From a virus, in UHGV virus genome UHGV-0068970: a stretch of 17,470 nt of DNA; one strand, 5' to 3'. Below are positions 7,792 to 15,412 of the stretch, piece after piece. The notes below the pieces were generated by a model. The model was given only the letters and a program-made list of their open reading frames with translations, ran no database searches and had not been told where the DNA came from. Position 1 is the stretch's first letter, and every line of letters begins with the position of its first letter. The translations under genes were made by a program, and so were the position numbers.

Positions 7792-8115
7792 ATGGATGCT
7801 GGCGTTCTCGTTCTAGCAGTTCAACAATCCCCAATCACAAAACAATTCACTGATAACGAACTTTGCACACTCGCCTGGTTATGGCGAGCAGGGAATGTGA
7901 TGTTAATTGCCTACCAGAACGTTACTCATCTTCTTCAGGATGCGGAGCATGGTGAAGCTGGTCACTTCACTTCCATCGAGCAAGAATATCCCCAGATACT
8001 CAACAGAGCGCGAGCAATCCTCGTCCGAGAAACGGCACATGTAAAACTTCAGCCGTGGCAGGATGATAAGTGGAGTCGAGTATTGCCGCATTTACCTCAG
8101 AATCTGTTTCAATAA
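7792..8115 (+). CDS. Hypothetical protein, 107 aa (orphan ORF; possibly a gene remnant)
   Basis: Only long ORF between ybcK and the HNH-domain gene. GC-richer than both neighbours. Weak RBS. No motif recognised. Followed by a 10-bp perfect hairpin (8143-8168). Confidence 0.4.
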   Translation: MDAGVLVLAVQQSPITKQFTDNELCTLAWLWRAGNVMLIAYQNVTHLLQDAEHGEAGHFTSIEQEYPQILNRARAILVRETAHVKLQPWQDDKWSRVLPHLPQNLFQ

Positions 8116-8289
8116 AGGCGCTAGTTAGTAAGGCTTCCGTCATTCTGCGATGACGGAAGTGCGGGCTGCGTACGGGAGAGCAATTGCATGAATAATATAA
8201 ATATTCCGCTCACTCCATATAGCGATTTCTGATACAAACTTATCTATTGTGGTAAAATTATAGAAACAAACTTATAGCGTACTAACCAT

Positions 8290-9072
8290 ATGGACAATAT
8301 TAATAAACACGGGCTCTCAAGAAGAATACCTGAGACAATAAAACGTCAGATAAGGCAAAGGTGCGGCTTTGGCTGTGTAATTTGTGGATTTGGATTTTAT
8401 GATTATGAGCATTTTAAACCTGACTTCGTTGATGCCAAAGTACATGATCCGAATGGAATGACACTTCTTTGCTCCCAATGCAATCAAAAAAGAGCTCGTG
8501 GTAGACTTTCAGCACAGACAGTGGAAATAGCTGACAGAAATCCCAAGTGCTTACAGGCTGGTTTTGCAAATGAAATGTTTGATTTTCATAATGAGCCTAT
8601 AACAGTAAAATTTGCAGGAGTGACGTTTCATAACTGTCAAAATTTGATTGTAGTCAATGAACAACCCATTCTTTCTGTGAAACCTTCACCCATACCACAT
8701 GGACCGATGCTTTTATCAGGAATTTTCTGTAATTCTATTGGTAAGGAGACTTTACTGATAGATGAAAATGAATGGAAAGCTAAATCAGACAATTGGGATG
8801 TGGAGTGTACCGGCCCGCGTATAACAATACGACGTGGGCCAGGAGAGTTTGCCCTCGTTCTAAAAATGGAACCTCCAACAGGATTGATTGTTGAGCGTCT
8901 TGATATGTTGTATGAAGGGGTCAGGATGAAAGGAGATAAAGATCTGCTGGAAGTTTCGATTAATGGAGGTCCCTTGCACAGATGGCAATCATGCTCAATG
9001 TCAAATTGCCATACAGGGCTTGCGATTCAGGGCGGTATTAGAGCTGCTAATGATCCTTTGTATTGCGCCTAA
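8290..9072 (+). CDS. HNH-nuclease-domain protein with uncharacterised ~190-aa C-terminal domain, 260 aa
   Basis: N-terminus RCGFGCVICG...YDYEHFKPDF...HDPNGMTLLCSQCNQKRARG fits the HNH/beta-beta-alpha-Me signature; compare the canonical HNH at 17017-17367. AT-rich ORF with a TGn extended -10 (TGGTAAAAT, about 8250-8262). C-terminal domain not recognised. Confidence 0.7.
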   Translation: MDNINKHGLSRRIPETIKRQIRQRCGFGCVICGFGFYDYEHFKPDFVDAKVHDPNGMTLLCSQCNQKRARGRLSAQTVEIADRNPKCLQAGFANEMFDFHNEPITVKFAGVTFHNCQNLIVVNEQPILSVKPSPIPHGPMLLSGIFCNSIGKETLLIDENEWKAKSDNWDVECTGPRITIRRGPGEFALVLKMEPPTGLIVERLDMLYEGVRMKGDKDLLEVSINGGPLHRWQSCSMSNCHTGLAIQGGIRAANDPLYCA

Positions 9073-9264
9073 ATCCACTAAATTGATTTTCAACAATCAA
9101 CTTGCCATAATTAAGTCACCGGAGTTTGAACTCCTCCGGTGACTTCTGCGCTAAACGGGGACGTTTATGCGCACATACAATCCAACCTCTCTTCTCCATT
9201 CACAGATGCAGAAATGCACCTGCGATATTTTGCATCCAGCGTTTGATCTCTGCGGAGGTGAAGC

Positions 9265-9720
9265 GTGAACCTCCCACAAGATGGTATCAAATTGCATCGC
9301 GGTAACTTCACCGCTATCGGTCGGCAGATCCAGCCTTATCTGGAGGACGGCAAATGCTTTCGCATGGTGCTTAAACCGTGGCGCGAGAGACGCAGTCTTT
9401 CCCAGAATGCACTCAGCCACATGTGGTACAGCGAAATCAGTGAATACCTCATCAGCAAGGGTAAAACGTTCGCCACTCCAGCTTGGGTAAAAGATGCTCT
9501 CAAACACACATATCTCGGTTATGAAACCAAAGACCTGGTTGATGTCGTAACCGGTGATATCACCACTATCCAGTCGTTACGCCATACCTCCGATCTTGAT
9601 ACCGGAGAGATGTATGTCTTCCTGTGTAAGGTTGAAGCCTGGGCGATGAATATTGGCTGCCACCTGACTATTCCGCAGAGCTGCGAGTTCCAGCAGCTCC
9701 GCGACAAACAGGAGGAGTAA
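9265..9720 (+). CDS. ybcN: YbcN / NinB-family protein, 151 aa
   Basis: GTG start at 9265 with [69 protein letters not shown]... recognised as DLP12 YbcN; the SLSQN...W motif resembles lambda NinB. Confidence 0.85.
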   Translation: MNLPQDGIKLHRGNFTAIGRQIQPYLEDGKCFRMVLKPWRERRSLSQNALSHMWYSEISEYLISKGKTFATPAWVKDALKHTYLGYETKDLVDVVTGDITTIQSLRHTSDLDTGEMYVFLCKVEAWAMNIGCHLTIPQSCEFQQLRDKQEE

Positions 9721-9890
9721 TGGCTACACCGCTTATTCGTGTCATGAACGGACACATCTACAGAGTACCAAATCGTCGTAAGCGTAAACCGGAGCTGAAG
9801 CCTTCCGAAATACCAACACTGCTCGGATATACCGCCAGCCTGGTTGATAAAAAATGGTTGCGACTGGCAGCAAGGAGGAATCATGGCTGA
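9720..9890 (+). CDS. ninE: NinE, 56 aa
   Basis: Not in the supplied track (under 60 aa). Manual translation from ATG 9720 gives [56 protein letters not shown]. Overlaps ybcN (TAATG) and ybcO (ATGGCTGA). Confidence 0.8.
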   Translation: MATPLIRVMNGHIYRVPNRRKRKPELKPSEIPTLLGYTASLVDKKWLRLAARRNHG

Positions 9891-10173
9891 TTTGAGAAAA
9901 GCAGCGCGTAGTCGGGAATGCCAGGTAAGAATCCCTGGCGTATGTAATGGCAACCCTGAAACGTCTGTACTGGCACATATCCGGCTGACTGGATTGTGCG
10001 GCACCGGTACCAAACCGCCAGACCTGATTGCCACCATTGCATGTTCTGCCTGCCACGACGAAATCGACCGCCGCACACATTTTGTCGATGCTGCATATGC
10101 AAAAGAATGCGCGCTGGAAGGTATGGCGAGAACACAGGTTATCTGGCTGAAAGAGGGGGTTATTAAGGCGTGA
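9883..10173 (+). CDS. ybcO: YbcO (DUF1364 putative nuclease), 96 aa
   Basis: From the internal ATG at 9883 (GGAGG RBS): [64 protein letters not shown]..., recognised as DLP12 YbcO. Confidence 0.85.
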   Translation: MADLRKAARSRECQVRIPGVCNGNPETSVLAHIRLTGLCGTGTKPPDLIATIACSACHDEIDRRTHFVDAAYAKECALEGMARTQVIWLKEGVIKA

Positions 10174-10532
10174 ATACCTACAGCATCACATTACCCTGGC
10201 CTCCGAGCAATAATCGCTATTACCGCCATAATCGCGGGCGCACGCACGTCAGCGCAGAGGGGCAGGCATACCGCGATAACGTCGCCCGAATCATTAAAAA
10301 CGCAATGCTGGATATCGGCCTGGCTATGCCTGTGAAAATCCGCATTGAGTGCCACATGCCGGATCGCCGTCGCCGTGACCTGGATAATCTGCAAAAAGCC
10401 GCTTTTGACGCACTCACTAAAGCAGGTTTCTGGCTGGATGATGCTCAGGTCGTTGATTACCGCGTTGTGAAGATGCCTGTTACCAAAGGTGGGAGGCTGG
10501 AACTGACCATCACCGAAATGGGGAATGAATGA
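10170..10532 (+). CDS. rusA: RusA Holliday-junction resolvase, 120 aa
   Basis: GTG start at 10170. [48 protein letters not shown]..., recognised as RusA. Confidence 0.9.
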   Translation: MNTYSITLPWPPSNNRYYRHNRGRTHVSAEGQAYRDNVARIIKNAMLDIGLAMPVKIRIECHMPDRRRRDLDNLQKAAFDALTKAGFWLDDAQVVDYRVVKMPVTKGGRLELTITEMGNE

Positions 10533-10669
10533 TGTTTGAGTTTAATATGGCAGAACTTCTTCGCCACCGCTGGGGGCGTCTGCGCTTATATCGTTTCCCC
10601 GGTTCTGTTTTGACCGATTACCGAATACTGAAGAATTACGCCAAAACACTGACAGGAGCAGGAGTATGA
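10529..10669 (+). CDS. ylcG: YlcG small protein, 46 aa
   Basis: Not in the track (under 60 aa). Manual translation [50 protein letters not shown] overlap with the rusA stop. Confidence 0.7.
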   Translation: MMFEFNMAELLRHRWGRLRLYRFPGSVLTDYRILKNYAKTLTGAGV

Positions 10670-10754
10670 AGTCAGAGATAACAATCAACTAATACTGTTT
10701 TGTTGATTTTTGCTTGTAATTGGCGTTCTGGTCTGAGTTTTGTGGAGTAAGTTG

Positions 10755-11132
10755 ATGCGTGATATTCAGATGGTTCTTGAGCGTTGGGGAGCGTGGGCGG
10801 CTAATAATCATGAAGATGTGACCTGGTCGTCCATTGCCGCCGGTTTTAAGGGATTAATTCCTTCAAAAGTAAAATCTCGCCCACAATGTTGTGACGATGA
10901 CGCGATGATCATTTGCGGGTGCATGGCCCGTCTGAAAAAGAACAACAGCGATTTGCATGATTTATTGGTGGACTATTATGTCGGCGGCATGACTTTTATG
11001 GCGCTTGCACGTAAGCATGGGCGATCTGATTGTTGGGTTGGCAGGATGCTTCAGAAAGCTGAGGGCGTAGTGGAGGGTATGCTGATGGTGTTGGATCTCC
11101 GATTGGAGATGGATGCTGATTGTTCGAAATAA
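10755..11132 (+). CDS. quuD: Late-gene antiterminator Q (QuuD-type), about 125 aa
   Basis: [33 protein letters not shown]...[18 protein letters not shown]... recognised as DLP12 QuuD. ATG at 10755 preceded by GGAG. The track ORF begins at an upstream TTG (10740). Confidence 0.85.
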   Translation: MRDIQMVLERWGAWAANNHEDVTWSSIAAGFKGLIPSKVKSRPQCCDDDAMIICGCMARLKKNNSDLHDLLVDYYVGGMTFMALARKHGRSDCWVGRMLQKAEGVVEGMLMVLDLRLEMDADCSK

Positions 11133-11230
11133 TTAAAGGAAAAGTTGCTGTCTGATTGTCATTAGTCTAACATTTTAAATGTTGGAATCGCAACGTAGTT
11201 ATTATCATATAACAGCTTGTTTCCTGATTT

Positions 11231-11259
11231 AGCCAGCCTCCCCAAAGGCTGGTTTTTTT
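11231..11259 (+). terminator. tR'-like rho-independent terminator downstream of Q (target of Q antitermination)
   Basis: Hairpin CCAGCC-tccccaaa-GGCTGG followed by TTTTTTT (11253-11259), about 100 nt after the quuD stop. Confidence 0.6.
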
Positions 11260-11287
11260 CTAATAAGTATTATTTCGGGTAGGGATT

Positions 11288-11812
11288 TTATTGTTTAACC
11301 CATAATAATTCATTGACATTGAATCCCAACTTTTGAGCGGTTCGCACATAGTCTGCTTTTACTTTATCTGGAATAGTTGGGGTCCTTGCCAGAATCCATA
11401 GGTATTCTCTGTTCGGACCACTGACAAGAGCATACTTATACTCATCATCCAGTTTGATTACATTATAGCCACCATAGAAGGGGCCAAAAAACGAAACCTT
11501 CAATGCTGCAGTTTTAGTATCTCCAGTAAAGTATGCTTTACCTTCGCTCTCGCTCCATTTATTTTTCGTTGGATCGTATCCACGGTTAAGTACACGAATC
11601 CCTCCGTCGTTCCGTTTTCCATAAGTAGCGCTGACCTGTTCCAGACCACGTTCGAACCGGTTCTCGAGGCGAGCTATTTCATACCATTTTCCGAGGTAGC
11701 GGTTGGCGTCAAAATTTGTAATCGGCTGCACACCTTTAGGTGGTGTCGGGGCCTTACATGCTATAAGAGTGAAAGAGAGTGCAATGCCAGTCAACACAGG
11801 CCATAACTTCAT
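11288..11812 (-). CDS. blc: Blc-like outer-membrane lipocalin lipoprotein, 174 aa
   Basis: Signal peptide with lipobox (LIAC). NFDANRYLGKWYEIARLENRFERGLEQVSATY...KVSFFGPFYGGYNVIKLD...YLWILARTP closely parallels E. coli Blc. Encoded antisense to the late transcript. Confidence 0.8.
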   Translation of the reverse strand: MKLWPVLTGIALSFTLIACKAPTPPKGVQPITNFDANRYLGKWYEIARLENRFERGLEQVSATYGKRNDGGIRVLNRGYDPTKNKWSESEGKAYFTGDTKTAALKVSFFGPFYGGYNVIKLDDEYKYALVSGPNREYLWILARTPTIPDKVKADYVRTAQKLGFNVNELLWVKQ

Positions 11813-12004
11813 AATAAATCCTGTACTTTTGATAGTTGAGAGTAAGTATGAAAGATAGATGATTACGACCGATCACTTAAAGAACTTTCATACTATATTA
11901 GGAATAGTCCATAACAGAAAAATTGTCAGTGATGACGCCAGAAAGGCAATTTATTCCGTGCACTACACAGTTTATGTGTTAATGAATTAGTCAAGGGGGA
12001 GAAT

Positions 12005-12964
12005 ATGATAAAAAAACCTGTGATTGGAATCAGCGGTTGTTTGGCCGGTTCTGCTGTTCGTTTTGATGGTGGTCACAAAAGAGCTGACTTTTTAATGGAC
12101 AAATTAGTGGAATGGGTAACATTCAGACCAGTATGTCCGGAAATGGCTATAGGGCTGCCAGTTCCGCGTCCTGCTCTACGTCTTGTGCGCTCGATGCAAG
12201 GAAATATACGGATGTGTTTCAGCCACGACCAGAATGAGGATGTGACAGAGAGAATGACAGAGTTTAGTCGTTCTTATATGGACAAATTAAAGGATGTATC
12301 GGGGTTTGTGGTTTGTGCTAAATCTCCCAGCTGTGGCATGGAGCGCGTGCGTGTCTATGATGAAAATGGTAATCGAGGTCGTAAAGATGGAGTGGGACTA
12401 TTTACGAGCACTTTGATGGAAAAGTTTTCCTGGCTACCGGTTGAAGAGGATGGGCGATTACATGATCCAGTGCTTCGTGAGAATTTTGTTGAAAGAGTTT
12501 TTGCTTTGCATGAGCTCAATCACCTTTACAAGGAGAAATTATCAAGAAGAGAGTTATTAGCTTTTCATAGTCGTTATAAGCTTCAGTTGTTGGCGCATAG
12601 TCAGGCAGGCTATAAAGATATGGGACCATTTGTGGCTGCAATACACGAGTGGGCGGACCTTGAATCATACTTTGAGGTGTATCGTGATAAGCTGATGGCG
12701 ATTCTCAGAAAACCTGCATCACGTAAAAATCACACGAATGTGCTGATGCATATACAGGGGTATTTTAGTAACTACTTAAGTACACGCCAGCGTAAAGAGT
12801 TGAGCGAGGTTATACTTAACTATCGTTCTGGCACATTACCTCTTCTTGCGCCGTTGACTCTGCTGAAGCATTATCTGGGTGAGTATCCTAATGATTACTT
12901 GCTTACACAGAATTACTTCGATCCCTATCCGGACGAACTGGCTCTAAGACTGATGGTAAATTAA
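12005..12964 (+). CDS. DUF523 (TudS-like putative [4Fe-4S] thiouracil desulfidase) / DUF1722 (YbgA-like) fusion protein, 319 aa
   Basis: N-terminal half carries the DUF523 pattern GISGCLAGSAVRFDG ... PVCPEMAIGLPVPRP ... CAKSPSCGM with three conserved Cys. C-terminal about 170 aa is consistent with a YbgA-like DUF1722 domain. AGGGGGA RBS. Domain assignment from memory, not a search. Confidence 0.7.
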   Translation: MIKKPVIGISGCLAGSAVRFDGGHKRADFLMDKLVEWVTFRPVCPEMAIGLPVPRPALRLVRSMQGNIRMCFSHDQNEDVTERMTEFSRSYMDKLKDVSGFVVCAKSPSCGMERVRVYDENGNRGRKDGVGLFTSTLMEKFSWLPVEEDGRLHDPVLRENFVERVFALHELNHLYKEKLSRRELLAFHSRYKLQLLAHSQAGYKDMGPFVAAIHEWADLESYFEVYRDKLMAILRKPASRKNHTNVLMHIQGYFSNYLSTRQRKELSEVILNYRSGTLPLLAPLTLLKHYLGEYPNDYLLTQNYFDPYPDELALRLMVN

Positions 12965-13315
12965 TTGTATGCGATATCATCCAAAAGGATGAGTTCCTGC
13001 ATGCAGGATATTTACAATCGTAAAAACTACACTATGATACCCAGAGTGTCAGTTTGTATAAAAACTCTGTTTACGCTGAAGAAACAATTGAGATGCAACT
13101 TAAAGTTGGTAAACATGCCAGTCAAAATATATAATATTATGATTCCACGCAGCTATATATAATATAACAGATTGGTTTAATAATTTGTCTTTGTGAGTTA
13201 AATACATAATTTTATACTTGTGATGCAATGAAATTTTCCTTATTGTTGAACTGGCGAATATTGATTTTCCACCTATACTTACCTGGTGTAACCCCAATGA
13301 TATCAGGTGGATAAT

Positions 13316-14047
13316 ATGCCATACATATGTTCTATCATTTTGGTGTTGAACTCGTTTGATGTCCGAATTGGTAAAGAAGATATTTTGTTTAAAAAAGGAA
13401 GTGCTGTTCTCATTGATTACAATTTAAAAGATTTTTTTTCATCAAATATAGATCATGTAATGATCGTAGATGTTGAAGAGAAAACAGTTAATGATTTCTT
13501 TAAAAGCAACACACTCTCACCTTTTTCTGTAAGAAGGTTTTATCCGGCATACTTGATGGTGGAATGTGAAGATTTTTCATTGTTAAAGAACTTGATTGCA
13601 TGCTTGAATTGTGATGGCAGAACTGTGGATTTTGTTAGAAATCAAATATCACTTGCATGTCTTGCTATCTTATCTTCAGAGAAAATAGTGCAAAGTTTTT
13701 TATTTGGATGTCTTAATAGTTTAGGAAGTAAAGTTAAGGCTATTATTCACACGGATATATCTGCAGCATGGAGACTTTGTGATATATCTTCAAGACTGTA
13801 TCTGAGTGAAAGTCTGTTAAAAAGAAAATTAAAGCACGAAGGCTTATCATTTAGTAAGTTAATTCTTGAAGAGCGAATGGTGATGGCGGAAAGGTTATTA
13901 AGCTACAATTTATATTCTGTTGGAAAAGTTGCTGAGATATGCGGTTATGAAAACACGTCATATTTTGTAAGTGTTTTCAGAAGGTATTTTGGTGTTCCTC
14001 CCCATCAATATTCATCAAGATTTTTTTTAGAAAAAGACATGATGTAA
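13316..14047 (+). CDS. AraC/XylS-family transcriptional regulator, about 243 aa
   Basis: C-terminal AraC-type HTH signature (...ERMVMAERLLSYNLYSVGKVAEICGYENTSYFVSVFRRYFGVPPHQY). Very AT-rich gene and upstream region. ATG 13316 has an AGGTGG RBS; the track's 13307 start is an upstream GTG. Confidence 0.8.
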   Translation: MPYICSIILVLNSFDVRIGKEDILFKKGSAVLIDYNLKDFFSSNIDHVMIVDVEEKTVNDFFKSNTLSPFSVRRFYPAYLMVECEDFSLLKNLIACLNCDGRTVDFVRNQISLACLAILSSEKIVQSFLFGCLNSLGSKVKAIIHTDISAAWRLCDISSRLYLSESLLKRKLKHEGLSFSKLILEERMVMAERLLSYNLYSVGKVAEICGYENTSYFVSVFRRYFGVPPHQYSSRFFLEKDMM

Positions 14048-14234
14048 CGTGATGCGTTTTAATGATTTTGTAATTTTCGTATTTGATAATTGTATGATGC
14101 TTTCAGCTACGCCAGAATAATCGCGGCGTTTTTCTTTTTGAATAGATGTTCAAGCCTTACGCTAATGTAACTTCTATACCTTTCCTCTTCGTTCCGAACC
14201 GTGTACACCATCCGTTATTTGCGGAGGTGAGGCT

Positions 14235-14450
14235 ATGAAATCCATGGATAAGTTAACAACGGGTGTCGCCTATGGCACCTCAGCAGGTAGTGCCGGTTAC
14301 TGGTTTTTACAGCTGCTCGATAAAGTCACGCCCTCACAGTGGGCAGCAATAGGTGTGCTGGGTAGCCTGGTATTTGGCCTGCTGACGTACCTGACAAACC
14401 TTTATTTCAAGATTAAAGAAGATAAGCGCAAGGCTGCGAGAGGTGAATAA
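14235..14450 (+). CDS. essD: Class II holin (phage 21 S-type pinholin), dual-start motif, 71 aa
   Basis: [71 protein letters not shown], recognisably S21/EssD. Two TM segments. Met1 and Met4 dual start. Confidence 0.9.
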
Positions 14451-14947
14451 TGCCTCCATCATTACGAAAAGCCGTTGCTGCTGCTATTGGTGGCGGAGCA
14501 ATTGCTATAGCATCAGTGTTAATCACTGGCCCAAGTGGTAACGATGGTCTGGAAGGTGTCAGCTACATACCATACAAAGATATTGTTGGTGTATGGACTG
14601 TATGTCACGGGCATACAGGAAAAGACATCATGCTCGGTAAAACGTATACCAAAGCAGAATGCAAAACACTCTTGAATAAAGACCTTGCCACGGTCGCCAG
14701 ACAAATTAACCCGTACATCAAAGTCGATATACCGGAAACAACGCGCGGCGCTCTTTACTCGTTCGTCTACAACGTGGGTGCTGGCAATTTCAGAACATCG
14801 ACGCTTCTTCGCAAAATAAACCACGGTGATATCAAAGGCGCATGTGATCAGCTACGGCGCTGGACATACGCTGGCGGTAATCAATGGAAAGGACTGATGA
14901 CTCGCCGTGAGATTGAGCGTGAAGTCTGTTTGTGGGGGAAACAATGA
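14450..14947 (+). CDS. rrrD: SAR endolysin (T4-lysozyme-fold muramidase with N-terminal signal-anchor-release domain), 165 aa
   Basis: Gly/Ala-rich hydrophobic N-terminus ([20 protein letters not shown]) then a lysozyme catalytic region (E...D...T spacing), R21/RrrD-like. TAATG overlap with the holin stop. Confidence 0.9.
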   Translation: MPPSLRKAVAAAIGGGAIAIASVLITGPSGNDGLEGVSYIPYKDIVGVWTVCHGHTGKDIMLGKTYTKAECKTLLNKDLATVARQINPYIKVDIPETTRGALYSFVYNVGAGNFRTSTLLRKINHGDIKGACDQLRRWTYAGGNQWKGLMTRREIEREVCLWGKQ

Positions 14948-15381
14948 GCAGAGTAACCGCGATTATCTCCGCTCTGGTTATCTGCATCATCGTCTGCCTG
15001 TCATGGGCGGTTAATCATTACCGTGATAACGCCATCGCCTACAAAGAACAGCGCGATAAAGCCACATCCACAATCGCTGACATGCAGAAGCGTCAACGTG
15101 ACGTAGCAGAACTCGATGCCAGATACACAAAGGAGCTTGCTGATGCTAACGCGACTATCGAAAGCCTCCGTGCTGATGTTTCTGCTGGTCGTAAGCGCCT
15201 GCAAGTCGCCGCCACCTGTGCAAAGTCAACGACCGGAGCCAGCGGCATGGGCGATGGAGAAAGCCCAGGACTTACAGCAGATGCTGAACTCAATTATTAC
15301 CGTCTCCGAAGTGGAATCGACAGGATAACCGCGCAGGTTAACTACCTGCAGGAGTACATCAGGACTCAGTGCCTGAAATAA
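14944..15381 (+). CDS. rzpD: Rz-type inner-membrane spanin (i-spanin), 145 aa
   Basis: From ATG 14944 (ATGA overlap with the endolysin stop): [26 protein letters not shown]... N-terminal TM segment followed by coiled-coil-like periplasmic region. Contains rzoD in the +1 frame. Confidence 0.85.
   Translation: MSRVTAIISALVICIIVCLSWAVNHYRDNAIAYKEQRDKATSTIADMQKRQRDVAELDARYTKELADANATIESLRADVSAGRKRLQVAATCAKSTTGASGMGDGESPGLTADAELNYYRLRSGIDRITAQVNYLQEYIRTQCLK
15143..15328 (+). CDS. rzoD: Rz1-type outer-membrane lipoprotein spanin (o-spanin), embedded in +1 frame of Rz, 61 aa
   Basis: AAGGAG RBS (15130-15135) then ATG 15143: [36 protein letters not shown]... Lipobox VSAC and Pro-rich mature region. 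Entirely inside rzpD. Confidence 0.7.
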   Translation: MLTRLSKASVLMFLLVVSACKSPPPVQSQRPEPAAWAMEKAQDLQQMLNSIITVSEVESTG

Positions 15382-15412
15382 TTTTTTTGCAAATCACAAA
15401 GTCCATTTAATG

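Noticed and set aside
7903-8091. 62-aa minus-strand ORF
   Set aside because: Antisense to the 107-aa orphan ORF, which is itself uncertain; no independent signals.
9151-10417. Seven overlapping ORFs across ybcN, ninE, ybcO and rusA (six minus-strand, plus the 69-aa plus-strand ORF at 9281-9490)
   Set aside because: All antisense or out of frame relative to the recognised nin genes.
10740-10754. Upstream TTG start of the Q ORF in the track
   Set aside because: The ATG at 10755 with a GGAG RBS matches the QuuD N-terminus (MRDIQ...) as I recall it.
12965-13297. 65-aa plus and 65-aa minus ORFs
   Set aside because: Low-complexity reading frames in the AT-rich leader of the AraC gene; no RBS or motifs.
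15116-15142. First ATG of the track's 70-aa Rz1 frame
   Set aside because: The second ATG (15143) has the AAGGAG RBS and begins the lipoprotein signal peptide directly.
14519-15293. Three minus-strand ORFs (101, 67 and 66 aa)
   Set aside because: Antisense to the endolysin and spanin genes.
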